From Leucoraja erinacea (lineage: Eukaryota), in assembly GCF_028641065.1 (NCBI RefSeq), contig NC_073409.1, positions 11,036,001 to 11,100,000 on the forward strand: a stretch of 64,000 nucleotides of DNA, given 5' to 3'. Below are positions 37,668 through 49,918 of the stretch, piece by piece. A model generated the notes under the pieces. That model was not told the DNA's origin. It searched no databases and worked only from the letters and a program-made list of their open reading frames with translations. Position numbers and translations under genes: made by a program. Each line of letters begins with the position of its first letter. Positions within the stretch are counted from its first letter, which is position 1.

Positions 37668-38334
37668 TCTGGAGACAGAAAGTAGGCAGAAACTTTACAA
37701 AAGGTACAACTCTTAAAAATTTTCAAAACAAGGACTCCAAGATCAAATGTCATCCTAGTTGCGATGTGGCAGTTCTTCCAGATCTAGGTTGGGGGTAAAT
37801 GACAGGTATCAACGAACAGGCCCAGAGATTGCAGGGTTTACCCCCCCCCCCCCCCCCCCCGCGTCAATCGGGGGGAATTAATAGTTGGGATTGTGACTTG
37901 AAGCCAGGTTAATAAAGCTGCCTCTGTGGAGATAGAAACAAGTTATCTTGGATGATCAACCGGAAACATTGAGTCTCGTTCTCCACAGATGCAATGCAAT
38001 GTTCGACCTGCTGCCCTCTGGAAGGCGCTATAGGTGCATCAAATCCAGGACAAACAGACTCAGGAATAGTTGCTTTCCGAGAATTATATCTACTATAAAT
38101 TCAAATTCACACATGCACTGACTACACCGCCCAACACGGACTTCCATCTGTATATATGTATGTAGCGCCGCAGAATTTGTGCACCTATTCCCCCCCCCCC
38201 CATCTCCCTTCTGTTTTTTGTTTTTTTTTCTGTTTCTTATTTTTTTGTGCTAAATTGTATGTATGCACTGAGTACGAGCAGCTTTCAGTTTCACTGTACA
38301 TGTATAGTGACAATAAATGGCATATCATATCATA

Positions 38335-38368
<34 letters not shown>

Positions 38369-38552
38369 AACACGTTAACAATCGGTAGAAGATGTGCGTG
38401 TGGGGTCACTGATGGGATAACCTGATTGTGGGGCCGAGAGTCACGGCCGGACCCACTGCACCGGCCACACACGGCCATGATGGTCGAGGGGACACAGCCC
38501 ACACTCCCCAAGAGGGTTAGTTCCCCCGGAGGCCCCAGACCCGCGCTCGAGA

Positions 38553-38680
38553 CCTCACCTCCCGCCGCCGCCGCCGCCTTCCACTGCCGCCGTGTGCGGC
38601 GAACAAATCCGTCCCCGGTCCGCGGCACTTCCGCTCCCCAGGAACCCGAGTCCGTCCGTCACAAGAAAATGTTCCGTCTT
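38553..38680 (-). promoter_or_regulatory. RAMAC CpG-island promoter and non-coding first exon (donor GAG|gtgagg at 38559/38558)
   Basis: CpG-rich; ETS motif CGGAAGTG at 38626-38633 (-); consensus splice donor; no ATG in the exon. Confidence 0.65.
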
Positions 38681-38870
38681 GTGGCGCTCCCTCGGTGCAG
38701 CCTCTCCGACAATGCGGCGCTCCCTCGGTAACGCCTCACCCTCAGTGCGGCGCTCCCTCAGTGCGGCCTCACCCTCAGTGCGGCCTCAGTGCGGCCTCAC
38801 CCTCAGTGCGGCGCTCCCTCGGTACACCCTCTCCCACAGTGCGGGCTAACACCCCCCAGTGCGATGTCCC
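38680..38870. repeat. GC-rich minisatellite (CCCTCAGTGCGGCGCT / CCCTCAGTGCGGCCTCA units, 16-17 bp)
   Basis: About ten imperfect tandem units are visible immediately upstream of the RAMAC first exon. Confidence 0.8.
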
Positions 38871-39409
38871 CTCATCGCCCCCCACCAAATATTCAATGTG
38901 GAATATTTTGGAGGACCAAGAACCAACTGGCAGTCCCTCACCAGCCCCACCAAAGATCCTATAGCGCCACTTTCTCACCGCCTCCTCCACAGTGCGGCGT
39001 TCCCCCTCCCACCCCATCCTTAGTTCTTCCCCTCCCACTCCAGTAAAATTATTCGCTTTGCTTACAAACAGTTTGTACCGATTTCCAATACAGCCCCTGG
39101 ATGCTGATCCCCATTCGGGTGACTGCCCTCTGGTAATTGCGTGGGCTACACTTGCTGTCAACGAGTCCAAGTGCCTTGTTGATCTTGCCCCCTCTTTGCA
39201 AACTGCCCTCCAACCTTCTAGGGTCGTTCAGCTCCTGGAACTCCATCTCTTACAAATGGTTTCAGTTTCCCTTGTTCCACCTCTATACTCCCGCTATGGC
39301 TTCCCGAGCTCTGGAATACTGTCCCTGAACCAGTTCCTCAGTTGTTCTAAATAACTCGGTGTCAAATGTCGCCTGGTCTCAATCTTTCTAATAATGGAAA
39401 AAAGTATAA

Positions 39410-40600
39410 GGTATGATTAGTAATTTTTCAGATGACGCAAAAGGTGCTGTGGATAGTGAATAAGGTTTCCACGGTTACAGCAGTTGGGAAAATAGACAGC
39501 CTAGCAGATTAAATGTAATTACGACAAATGCAAATTGATCAATTTTTCGAAGTTAAATGGAGGAGGGACATATGCAGTAAACGATAGAACATCAGACAAT
39601 CTAAGTCCACAGTTCCCTGAAAGTGGTCACGCAGATAGAAAGGGTAGTTAAGGTTTGCTTGTCTTTATATTTCGGAGCAGCTGGGACATGTGACGTATTT
39701 ACATGCAGCACTTGGAGTACCGTGTGCAGCTCTGATCACCACACCGTCAGAACAATTTGATTATGTTGGAGTGAGTCAGAGGAGATAAGGCTGCAACTGG
39801 AGAACATTAATTATGGGGAGAGGTTGGATAGACTGGGCTTATTTTCTCTCGAGTGATGATGGCTGAGAAGTAACTCGATAGAATTATATAAAATAATGAG
39901 ACGGAGGGTGGATAAGCACTTCCCCATGCTGGCGGTACCAAAAACAAGAGTGTGTAGGTTTAAGCTGAGAGGTCGGTTATTTCATGGGGTATAGAGCTTC
40001 TCGGGTCCAAAACAAGCCCTTTGGACCAACTCATTCATGCTGAAGACCAGTAAAGTTGCCCAATGGAGATGCTCCTGACTCGTATCCCTACAAACCTTTC
40101 CTATCCATGTACCTGTCCAAGTGTCTTTTAAATGTTGTAATTGTACCCACTTTCACCACTTCCTCTGGCAGGTCTGCATGAAAAAGTTGCCCCTTTAAAG
40201 CTTTCTCCTCTCACCTTAAACCATTGTCCTCTAGTTTTAAACTCCACTAGCCTGGGGGGGAAAATGATGGCCAGTCACCTTATCTATTCTCTTCATAATT
40301 CTATAAGCCTCCGTTAAGTCTTCCCTCAAACTCCTATGCTCCAGAGGAAAAAAAAATCCTGGGGAATGATTTTAGGGGTATATTTATTATGCAAACTGTG
40401 GTTGATATCTGGAACACGCTGTCAGTGGAGGTGGTGGAATCAGATACAATTACAACATTGAAGTGCCGTTTAGACAGATACTTAAACTGCATGACATGGA
40501 AGCATACGGTCCAAATGCTGGCAAATAGGGTCTGTTAGCAAAAATACTATTATAGATGAGTGGAAGGGCTGGTTTATGTGCTGTAACTTATGACACTATG
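39410..40600 (+). mobile_element. Degenerate CR1-type LINE with an internal opposite-strand CR1 3' fragment (about 39990-40360)
   Basis: ttttcagatgacgcaaaa (FADDTK-like), cacttggagtaccgtgtgcagctctg (HLEYCVQFW-like) and 3' end motifs. Confidence 0.65.
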
Positions 40601-41599
40601 ATTGATAATGGTTTCTCCACACTGATGGATTCTCCTCTGGAGCTCATCGCGGCCACAGAACATGAACAGCTAACCTGCCCCAAGGTCTTTTGATTCAGAT
40701 ACACGTGGCACGCTATCTCGGAGAGAGAGATTGCATCTCCTTACTGGGTAGAGTATTTGCACAAGGAAATTTCAACATGTCAACCTTAAGGCACTTGCTC
40801 AGTCAAAAATAACATCTCCTGACAGATAAACACAATCTCCATCAGTTTAAAATCCTATGTCTTAAGACAGCAAACCTAAAGTTGCTAAAATTAGGTTGCA
40901 GCAGAATATATCAGAATACAAATGCTCCTGAGCACATATTTTGTTCATACTTTCTGCTCTTATTTGTGTTAAGTTGCCACATAATTCAGTGGACAGTGCA
41001 CAACTCTCCGTTACAATCCACATCAACACATAACAGCTCTCAACAATTCAATCTTCTCAATGATAGGCAAATTCAGAACAGATTTTATTGTCCCCAAATA
41101 GATGTAAAGTTTACCAGACTGTGGCAAGAGCTTTAATATTTCCAATGTATTTGTTAAACTCCAGATTATCTATGGAACAGGAGCAACAGATAGATCTCTT
41201 TGCACAAATTTCGGCACTCAGAGCCAGTTGCTGTTCATTTAACCTGTTCGGTCGTAAGTGTGATTACCTTGAAAGCAAAGTAAGCAAAGCTGCTGAGCTG
41301 GTAACTACAAAAAAAAAGGAACAATGTGTCAGGCAGCATCTGCGGAGGGAACAGGCAGATGACGTTTTAGGTTAGGACCCTTCTTCGGACTGAGATGGAA
41401 ACTGAGAGCAGACCTGCAGGAAAACATAATCTTTATTAATATCAAGACAGTGGGTACAAAATTTGAAAATGTTCCAGTGGAATGGCTTTCTTTCTGAATC
41501 TTGCAGATGAACTCAGTGTGGAATGTACGGATTAAAATTCCAGCGTTCCGGAGGTGCCAGCATTGGAAAGGGGATGCCTTTTCAGAGGAATGTGGCGGC

Positions 41600-43520
41600 A
41601 GCATTCGGGTCTGTGGCACCTTAACTGTTTCTGATACACAGCAAGGAAAGGTGGAGGCAGGGACAGGAGAATCAATAGCTAGAAGGATTGACGAGAACTT
41701 CTGTGACCACGATCGAACTCCAGGATGGTGTAGTGCCTCCTAGTGCCAGGGACAACAAGTGGTTGTAGATCATTCTCAAGGCACAGGGTGAGCAGCCAAG
41801 GGACGTTGGGCATATTTGTACCAACGAGACGGGTAAAAAAAGGAGATGAGTTCTTGCAGAGTGTATCTAGGCAGTTAAGCGGGAGGTTATAAAGCAGAAC
41901 CTCATGGGTAGTCATCTTTGGGTAACATTATTTATTAGTTTATTTTCCCCCCTCTCTTTCCTGTGCCCCATCTGGACCTTTTTCTCCCATTCCCCCTCCC
42001 CTTCCAACTATACTCCTACCTCTGGTTTCACAATTCTCACCTCTTCTATCCTTATCTCACGCTTTTTGGCTTCTCAGCTCTGTGCAACCATCTGCGTATC
42101 AAAAACTGCCCTCACCTGTATCCACTTATCACACACCAGACTTTGTTCTACCCCCACCTCTCTTCCAGCTCCCCCATCCCCACCCCCGCCCACACAATCA
42201 GCCTGAACAAAGGTCCCAACCCAAAACATCACCTATCCATGTTCTCCAGGGCTGCTGCCTGGCCTGGCTGAGTTACTCCAACACTTTCATCGCCTATTAT
42301 CAGTGATGAGTAAGTTGTTGGCGAGGATGCTGAGAGACAGGATCAACATGCAGAGACTTCAGCAAGGTCTTCACAGTAGGATGGACAGATGGTTAGAAGG
42401 GCCAGCTAACCAATTGGATGTAAAATTGGCTTCAAGTTAGAAAACAGGGTGGTGGCAGAGGGTTGGTTTTCAGACTGGTGGTGTGGAACAAGTGGTGTGC
42501 CATCAGTGTCAGGTCCACTGTTGATCATATTTCTCTTAATGAATTGGATAAGAATGCACGTGGCATGGTTAGTAAGTTTGCAGATTACTCTAAAACCGGT
42601 GGTATAGTGGATACTATAGATATTACATCAGGATATCACAACAGGATCTTGATCAACTGGGCCAATGGGCTGGAGTATGGCAGATGGAGTTTAATTAGGA
42701 CTAATGTGAGGAGTTTTGTTTTAGTAGGCCAAACCTGGGCGGGACTTACAAAACAAATGGTAAATGCCCTGGAACGGTTGCAGAACAGAGAGAATTAGCG
42801 GTGCAGGTATATATTTCCTTGAAAGAGACTACGCAGATAGGCAGTGCAGTGAGAAAGGCATTTAGCTCACTTGCTTTCATCAGTCAGGATATTGCATATA
42901 GGAGGTGAGATGTTATGTTACAGCTATATAAGACATTGATAAGGCATTGAGATATACAGCATGAAAACAGGGCCTTCTGCCCAACTTGTCCATGCTGACC
43001 AGGTTGCCAAACCGAGCTGCTGCCCACATTCTTCCATACATTTCACATCCATGTACCGATCCAAATTTTATAATTGTGCCCACCTCTATCACTTCACATG
43101 GAGAGTGAACTTCCACACTGGGCAGTTCATTCCATGTACACATGACCCTCTGTGAGAAAATGTTGCATCTCAGGTCCCTTTTAGCTCTTCCACCCTTACC
43201 TTAAATCAATGCTCCCTAATTTCAGACTCCCTTATTCTAGGAAAAATATTGTGACAATTCACCGTACATGAATTAAATTGAGGTACATTAAATCCAGACC
43301 CCTCATGATTTAATGTACTTCACGAAGGTGTAGGTTTGCAGATGATACTAAGTCCTTAGCCTCCTTTACTCCAGGAAAACGTCTTAGCCTATCCAGTCTC
43401 TCCTGGTAACTCAAACCCTCTAGTATCCGTAACATTCTTGTGAATCTTTAATTCACCCTTTCCAGTTTAATGACATATTATCTACAGTTGGTCAATGAGG
43501 TCTGTACCAGTACACCAAAA
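41600..43520 (+). mobile_element. Fragmented CR1-type LINE (ORF1 esterase remnant and RT remnant) with nested PLE-tail and CR1 3' insertions
   Basis: GESIARRIDENFCDHDR resembles the CR1 ORF1 GDSIVRGIDRRFC motif; NELDKNARGMVSKFADYSKTGGIVD is an RT remnant. Confidence 0.65.
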
Positions 43521-45204
43521 GTGGATTTAGAAGGACTCTTATCCATAACTCTATCAAACGCAAATCTCAATCTTGATCTCAATTATACTCAGAGACTCGG
43601 CTCTCTTGAGTGGAAAGAACTGGTGCCTTTTTTCAAACGTATTACAGAAGGTTTAGGACCTTCTGAACAAAGAAACCTCTGATCTCTTAACCCTTTTATT
43701 CTAAAACTATGCCCAAGATACCATCACAAGGGGAAAGATCCACTTAGATCTTACACCGCCAATCAGTCTTGGGATCTTGCATGTTTCATTAAGATCACCT
43801 CTCATTTTTTTAAAACTCTACTAAGTACAAGGCCCACCCTGAGTAATTGTTCCTCTTAAGTAGCTCATGGAACCATTGAAGAGTACACCAAGTGTCCATG
43901 TGAGCTGAAGCCAAGCTCCCCATCACCTAACCCCACCCCTGCAGTTCTCCTTTCCCTGGCTGCTCATCCTGCTGCTGTTTATATACGATGAGGATTTCTG
44001 CATCCACTATTTGCGACTTCCATAAACAGTAGGTGAAACCTCTATCTCTTTACCCATTGCATTAAAACTATGGCCCCTAAATACTGACCTTGTTACCAAA
44101 TGAAATAAGTCCCTTCTTTCCACTCCATCTGAGCTTCTTGTAATGTTGTATTCCTTAATTAAATCTCCCTCCGCTCCTCTGTCACAAAGGAAGCATCCTT
44201 GATGCAGCTATTCTTTCCAAAGATCTAAACGACTGGTTAATCTGTGCAATCTCTCTTGCTTGGTCACATCCTGCCCTGTGAAGTGAGTGTGCAGGTCTCC
44301 GGCTTTCGTTAGGTGTACACCACATGTCAAGGATAGCACATCTGCCACTGTATTGACGTGAGGCTGAACTAGTGGCCTGGCTGGTCAGTGGAAGCTGTGG
44401 AGCAGCCATGGAGTTATTGTGGGGTGATGTAAACTTCCCCCATGGTCAGAAATTCCTGCAAACGGATTCCCTTCAACTGCCGATTTCACCTGATCATGAC
44501 TCAGAATCAAGGGGGAGAGCAGAGTACCGCAGCAAATAGTTTCCTCGATGCACAGTAAAATCCAACAGATTCAGTGCAGAGTTCAATTTTAAGGTGAAAT
44601 ATTGTGATGGAAATTGTGCTGCTGGATGTGGTTTAAGGGAAAGCAATTAATTCATTCTTTTAGAGCTTTTTATTCAATGTTTCGTGAGGAGGTGGGTTGA
44701 AGAGATAAAAAATTAAGGAGCTCAACGGGGTTTAAAGAATATATATATTGGAAAGAAGGATTCCGTTTGAATTGCTTGTTCTTGCTGTGTGCCTGACCAG
44801 AATACAAGATCTCAGGAATATAGCAGTAGATTTACATTTTCTCAACACCAGTTACAGTGCCTCTGTGGAGCTGATGAGTGAGTGGGCGAGAAAATGTCCC
44901 AGGAAGAACAGCAAATATCTGAGCAGTGGGAATCCCAGTGAAGAGAACAGTGTTTACTGTTAATTATATACAAGCTAAAAACAAAAGATTGCCTCTCATT
45001 GAAAGGCTGAGATACACAGTGAAGGATTCAAGCTTTGTATTTGTGAAAGGAAAGATGAGTGAGCCAGGCCTGGGTGGGGAATAGGTGGGTGATCTAAACG
45101 AGTAAGCAGGCTGTAGTGGATGAGTGTGTGTTGTGTGCGTGTGTGCAGTGGCTGACTGAGATTTTATTAACCCTCTGCAGTAAATCACTATCAATATGTT
45201 CCGC

Positions 45205-46060
45205 TTTTTCTTTTGCCAAAAATAGATTTATTGAAGTATTTACAATACTATTTACAATACCAAATAATTCAAAACAAAACCCACCACCACAATACAAGTA
45301 AAACAAATTTTCCTTAAACAACTATTTCCCTATCCTGATTAAGGATGCATTCCGCCCCCCCGTGGTGCCCAGCGGTCCCAGAAATCCCCCAGGGTGTCTG
45401 TGGACAGCGAGTAGACCCTCTCTAAAACCACCCAGGCACAGACGCAGCCCCGGAAAACGGGCAGGCAGCCTGCTTAAGCAGAGCCCTCTTCCGCCTGGTG
45501 CCGTGACTTGCAGATGGCCAGCTTGGCTTGGCATAGGTGCAACCCAACCAGGACATCTTCAGCCCTACCCTCTCCCCTACGCACAAGGATGGTGGGTGTG
45601 AAGTGCAGCCAGAAGGCAAGAAGCAGCCCCTTTAGGTGTTGGAACAGGGGCTGCAACCTCACACACTCTATGTACACATGAGATACAGACTCTTCCAGTC
45701 AGCAAAAGTGGCTGGTGGCTGTCAAGTCTGTGAGTCGGGAGAGAAACCGGTTGCACGGGACTCCTCGGTGCAGTACCCTCCATCTCAGAATCCATGCGTA
45801 GATGGACCTCCACTGGGGGCCCTCTCACCACCAAAATGCAACACCACCCGGCACTTTATTTCCAGACGGTGGACAAGGGAGAGGAAATACTTGGTGTAGA
45901 GGAGGAGCCCGGACAGGAGACGCCTCTCTTCACCTCAGAGGGAGATGAAGGGTGTCGAGGAAAGGTGGCTCAGGTTGTGTGGGACCAACATGTTATACAT
46001 TGTTTGCTAGGAGTGGTAACATTTTGCTGTGTATTTGACTGCTTGGTGAGTTTGCTCCTC
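45205..46060 (-). mobile_element. Tx1/L1-clade LINE 3' fragment
   Basis: YIECVRLQPLFQHLKGLLLAFWLHFTPTIL...AEDVLVGL...AKLAI resembles the ORF2 C-terminal region of Tx1-type elements; AATAAA and A-rich tail at about 45205-45232 on the minus strand. Confidence 0.7.
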
Positions 46061-46529
46061 CTGGTTTCTTTATTTTCTCAACCTCACACTTCCCTGCTTC
46101 ACTGGGTCTGGGAGGATCACATTCCCTAGGCGGCATCTTGGAATCCAGCAGAATTATTGTATGGCAGTTTCTTGTTAAACCTCCTGACCAATCTCTGGCT
46201 GGAAATTATTGTTATCTAGCCTGGGCACCTGAGATCAAACACAAAGAAATCAGAAGTTGTCTCTCCAGCAACCTTTAATGTGCAGGTTTCCCCAAAGTAC
46301 TCCTACACTTCAGTGGAAAGAGACCCAGTCTATCCAGCCTCTCCTTATAACTCAAATCTTCTGGACCTGGTAAAATCCACATAAACCATTTTTGCACCCT
46401 TTTCAGTGTATTGACATCCTTCTTCCTACCTATATCAGGGCAACCAGAACAAATGTAGTGTTAGCAATGTCTTGTACAGCTACAACATGACTTCCCAACT
46501 ACTGTACTCAGTAGATACAAGGAACTGCA

Positions 46530-47240
46530 TCTACCCTCCCCACCACCCGCTGAGGTGCTTTCCTTTGCAACTGCAAGAGATGTAACACTGTCCCTATACC
46601 TCCTTCCTCACATCCATCCAGGGAACCCAGCAGTCCTTCCAGATGGCACAGAGGCTCATGTGCACCTCCTCTAATCACACTTACTGTATGCAATGTTGCT
46701 GCTATGACCTCCTTTACATCGCGAGACCAAGTGCAGACGCAGCGACCTTTTCGCTGAAAACCTGTGCTCGGTCCACCATGGCCAGTTGGATCTCCCATTT
46801 GTTAACCATATTAACTAACTCTTCCCATTCCCACATTGTCCCATCTGTCCTGGGCCTCCTCCATTGCAGAGTGAGGCTATACGCAAACTGGAGAAACAGC
46901 ACCTCATACTCCACTTGGGTAACTTACATCCCACAAACAACATGTCCGCCCCTCCCTCCCTCCCTCCCTCCGCCCACCCCCAGCCCGGCTGGACCTGCAC
47001 CCATTTCTCCCCTTCCATCTATATTCCTTCCTCTGGCATTCACAATTCACACCTATACTTAACTTTCAAATCTCATATCTTTTGTCTTTTCATTTCTGGC
47101 CTTTATTCAATGATCTGTCTATTAACTCCCACCCCCACCGCCTCCCTGTGTCCACCTATCACTCGCCAGGCTTTGTCCTGCCCATCCTTTCTTGCTGCTT
47201 TCTTTCTCCCTCCCCCATCAACCGAAGAAGGGTTGTGTGG
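46530..47240 (+). mobile_element. Degenerate PLE (GIY-YIG region and 3' repeat)
   Basis: FPCNCKRC-like segment, MAQRLMCTSSNHTYCMQCCCYDLLYI and RKLEKQHLILHLG. Confidence 0.8.
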
Positions 47241-47439
47241 TTTTTTTTTACTGTGCTCAGTACCTGGACCTTTAACGGCAAGGATGTTAAACATCACCTT
47301 TCTCACTCTGTCATCTATCAGGTCACATTCATGGAATGATATGCCTGCAGCCCAGAGTCTCCCTGTTCTACAACACCCCGCCAAGGCCCTACTATTCATT
47401 GTGCCAATACGGGAGATCAGGTGGGTTAAGACGGACTGC

Positions 47440-48390
47440 GCGGAGGTGTTCAGCGAAACGATCGCCGAGCAGAGAAGTTGACACCTAGAACAGCGGATAC
47501 ATAAGATGAGGTTGGAGGAGGTTGGCAAGTGATCCTTTGCCTCACCTGGGAAGACTGTTTGGGTCCTTGGATGGAGTCGAGGGGGGAGGTAAAGTGACAG
47601 GTGTTGCATCTTCTGTAGTTGCAAGGGAAAGTACCTGGGGAGGGGGTGGTTTGGGTGGGAAGGGACGAGTTACCAGGGAGTTTCAGAGGGAATTGTCTCT
47701 GCAGAAAGGGGTGGAGATGGGAAGATGTGGCCAGTAGTGGGATCCCGTTGGAGGTGGCGAAAATGTTGGAAGATTATATGCTGTATGTGACGGCTGATGG
47801 GGTGGAAGGTGAGGACAAGTGGGACTCTGTGCCTTGTTACGAATGGGGGGAGGGGTGTAAGTGTGGAGCTGTGGGATATTGGGGAGACCCTAGTGAGAGT
47901 CTCATCTATAATGGAAGAGTGGAACCCCTGTTTCCTAATGAATGTGGACATCCCCAATGCCCTGGTATGGAACACTTCATCCTGGGCGCAGATGTGGCAT
48001 AGATGGGGGAATTGGGAGTAGGGAACAGACTAGAGTGTTTACAGGAAGCAGTGGGAAGAAGTGTAGTCAAGATATGGAAGTCAGTAGGTTTGTAGTAGAT
48101 GTCGGTCAATCGTGTGTTTTCTGTGACGGTAAGATCCAGAAACGGTAGGGAGATGTCAGAGATGGTCCAAGTGAATTTGAGTGCAGGATGGAAATTAGTG
48201 ATGAAGTTGAAGAAGTCAGTGAGTTCTGCATGGGTGCAGGAGGTAGCACCAATGCAGTCGGCAATGTAGCGGAGGTAGAGTTAAGGGGTGGGACCAGTGT
48301 ACGCCTGGAACAGAGATTGTTCGACCTACCCTACAAAGAGGCAGGCCATCTGGGTCGGGTCCATGCGAGTACCCATAGCTACGCAATAGT
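47440..48390 (-). mobile_element. Degenerate PLE (RT C-terminal region and GIY-YIG start)
   Basis: TDIYYKPTDFH, RVPLVLTFHPISRHIQHIIFQHFRHLQRDPTTGHIFPSPPLSA and TSSNLILCIRCSRCQLL. Confidence 0.8.
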
Positions 48391-48439
48391 TGTCGGGTGT
48401 AGTGCTAGTTAGGCAGTTTGCATTAGTTAGTGGCTGCAT

Positions 48440-48810
48440 TAGTTGAGCTGCCGCCCGGGGGCGCCTCGCCCTCTCTCCCTCCCTCCCTCTTTGCAGCCTC
48501 TACGCTCCGGACTGCAGTCGGGAGGAGAGAGGCGGCGGAGAGAGCCGGAGCTCGGCGTGACATCCACTGGCAGCAGCTCCGCGCTCGGCATGGAGCCGAG
48601 CAACTAACCACACCGCTCGAAGCTACCAGAGCCGTCCTCGGGAGGACAGCGCCTGGCGATGGGGTGAGTCCGGGGCTCCTGTCCGGAGACAGGGAGAGAT
48701 TTTGGCGGAGAAACGTGGTCCGGGAGAGAGCGGTCAGCGCCGAGTGTGGACGGGAAATGCGAGGAGCGCCGAGGGAGGGAGCGCCGCGCTGCCGGCATGA
48801 CTGTTGAGGG
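48440..48810. promoter_or_regulatory. CpG island / HOMER2 promoter and first exon
   Basis: CpG-rich block containing ATG GG|GTGAGT. Confidence 0.7.
48659..48663 (+). CDS. HOMER2: HOMER2 coding exon 1 (ATG GG)
   Basis: gcgATGGG|gtgagt: the 5-nt first coding exon typical of Homer genes; phase 2 joins exon 2 to give MGEQPIF. Confidence 0.85.
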
Positions 48811-49733
48811 GGAGATCGGGCTCTTATTAAGGGATGAGGCAGTGTTGAGGGAGCTGCGCTTTATGGGGGTACAATGTTGAGGGAGTACCATGGTCGTAGC
48901 CAAAGATCCTTGCTATAGGATCTTTGGTCGTAGCGACTGGTGAGGGAACACCAAATATTCCCGAGAGGGGGAGGTGGAGGGGAGGGGAGGGGAGGTCAGT
49001 GTCGAGGGAGTGCCGTGATGTGGGAGAAGAGGTGTCAAGAGCAAGAGAGTGCCATGATCTTTGGTGCCATGTATTATCGCGAATGGTGTGGAGGGAGCGC
49101 CGCGGCGAGGGGGATCTCCTCAGCAGAGTAGACTTTGCGAACTTCTCTGCCTCCCTTCCCCATCCTACAACCACATCTGCACTCTCTCCCCCCCCCCCCC
49201 CCCCCCCCCCCCCCCGCACTCCCACACTCCCCCCCCCCCATCCCGCACCCAGCGTCCGGCCGATGCTAATGAATGTTGTGTTGTTTCATTGAGCTGTGGG
49301 GTTTGAAGCCGCCTCAGTATTGTGACATCATATAATTATATCTGTGGAGCTGTTCAAGTGTTGGTTGCTAAAAATATTCTCCTCAATTAACTGACAATGA
49401 ACGTTTGCCATCCAGCCCAGGCTCCTTCTCTGGAGGTGGTTCGGAAAACATGGGCAGCCGAATAGTAAAAATGGCTCTGGTTTATTTAGAGGGGGAAAAA
49501 ATGGACTTCTGCGCCATTAGTGCCGGTATTTGCTGCTGTCTGGAGAACTTTATTCTGGTGACCGTCGTGTTGTGACGTCTTCCTTCAACAGGTTGTCTTT
49601 CTGACTTCACTCAATGGGATGCCCCCGGCGGCAGAAGGCACTTTATTCCCCTCTCCCTGTTTACAGACAGCCTGGATCTCTTCACCCACGCTCGGCGGTG
49701 GGCTGTGGCAAGATATGTCTCCCACCTCCCCTA

Positions 49734-49918
49734 NNNNNNNNNNNNNNNNNNNNNNNNNNNNNNNNNNNNNNNNNNNNNNNNNNNNNNNNNNNNNNNNNNN
49801 NNNNNNNNNNNNNNNNNNNNNNNNNNNNNNNNNNNNNNNNNNNNNNNNNNNNNNNNNNNNNNNNNNNNNNNNNNNNNNNNNNNNNNNNNNNNNNNNNNNN
49901 NNNNNNNNNNNNNNNNNN
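49734..49918. other. Assembly gap (185 N)
   Basis: Run of N flanked by C-rich low-complexity sequence. Confidence 1.

Noticed and set aside
38680-38870. CRISPR-like repeat array
   Set aside because: Units are adjacent with no unique spacers; eukaryotic context; a minisatellite.
49181-49240. Long C/G homopolymer runs here and at 37840-37860, 55370-55392 and 63295-63316
   Set aside because: Common low-complexity tracts with unreliable lengths; no specific structure supportable.
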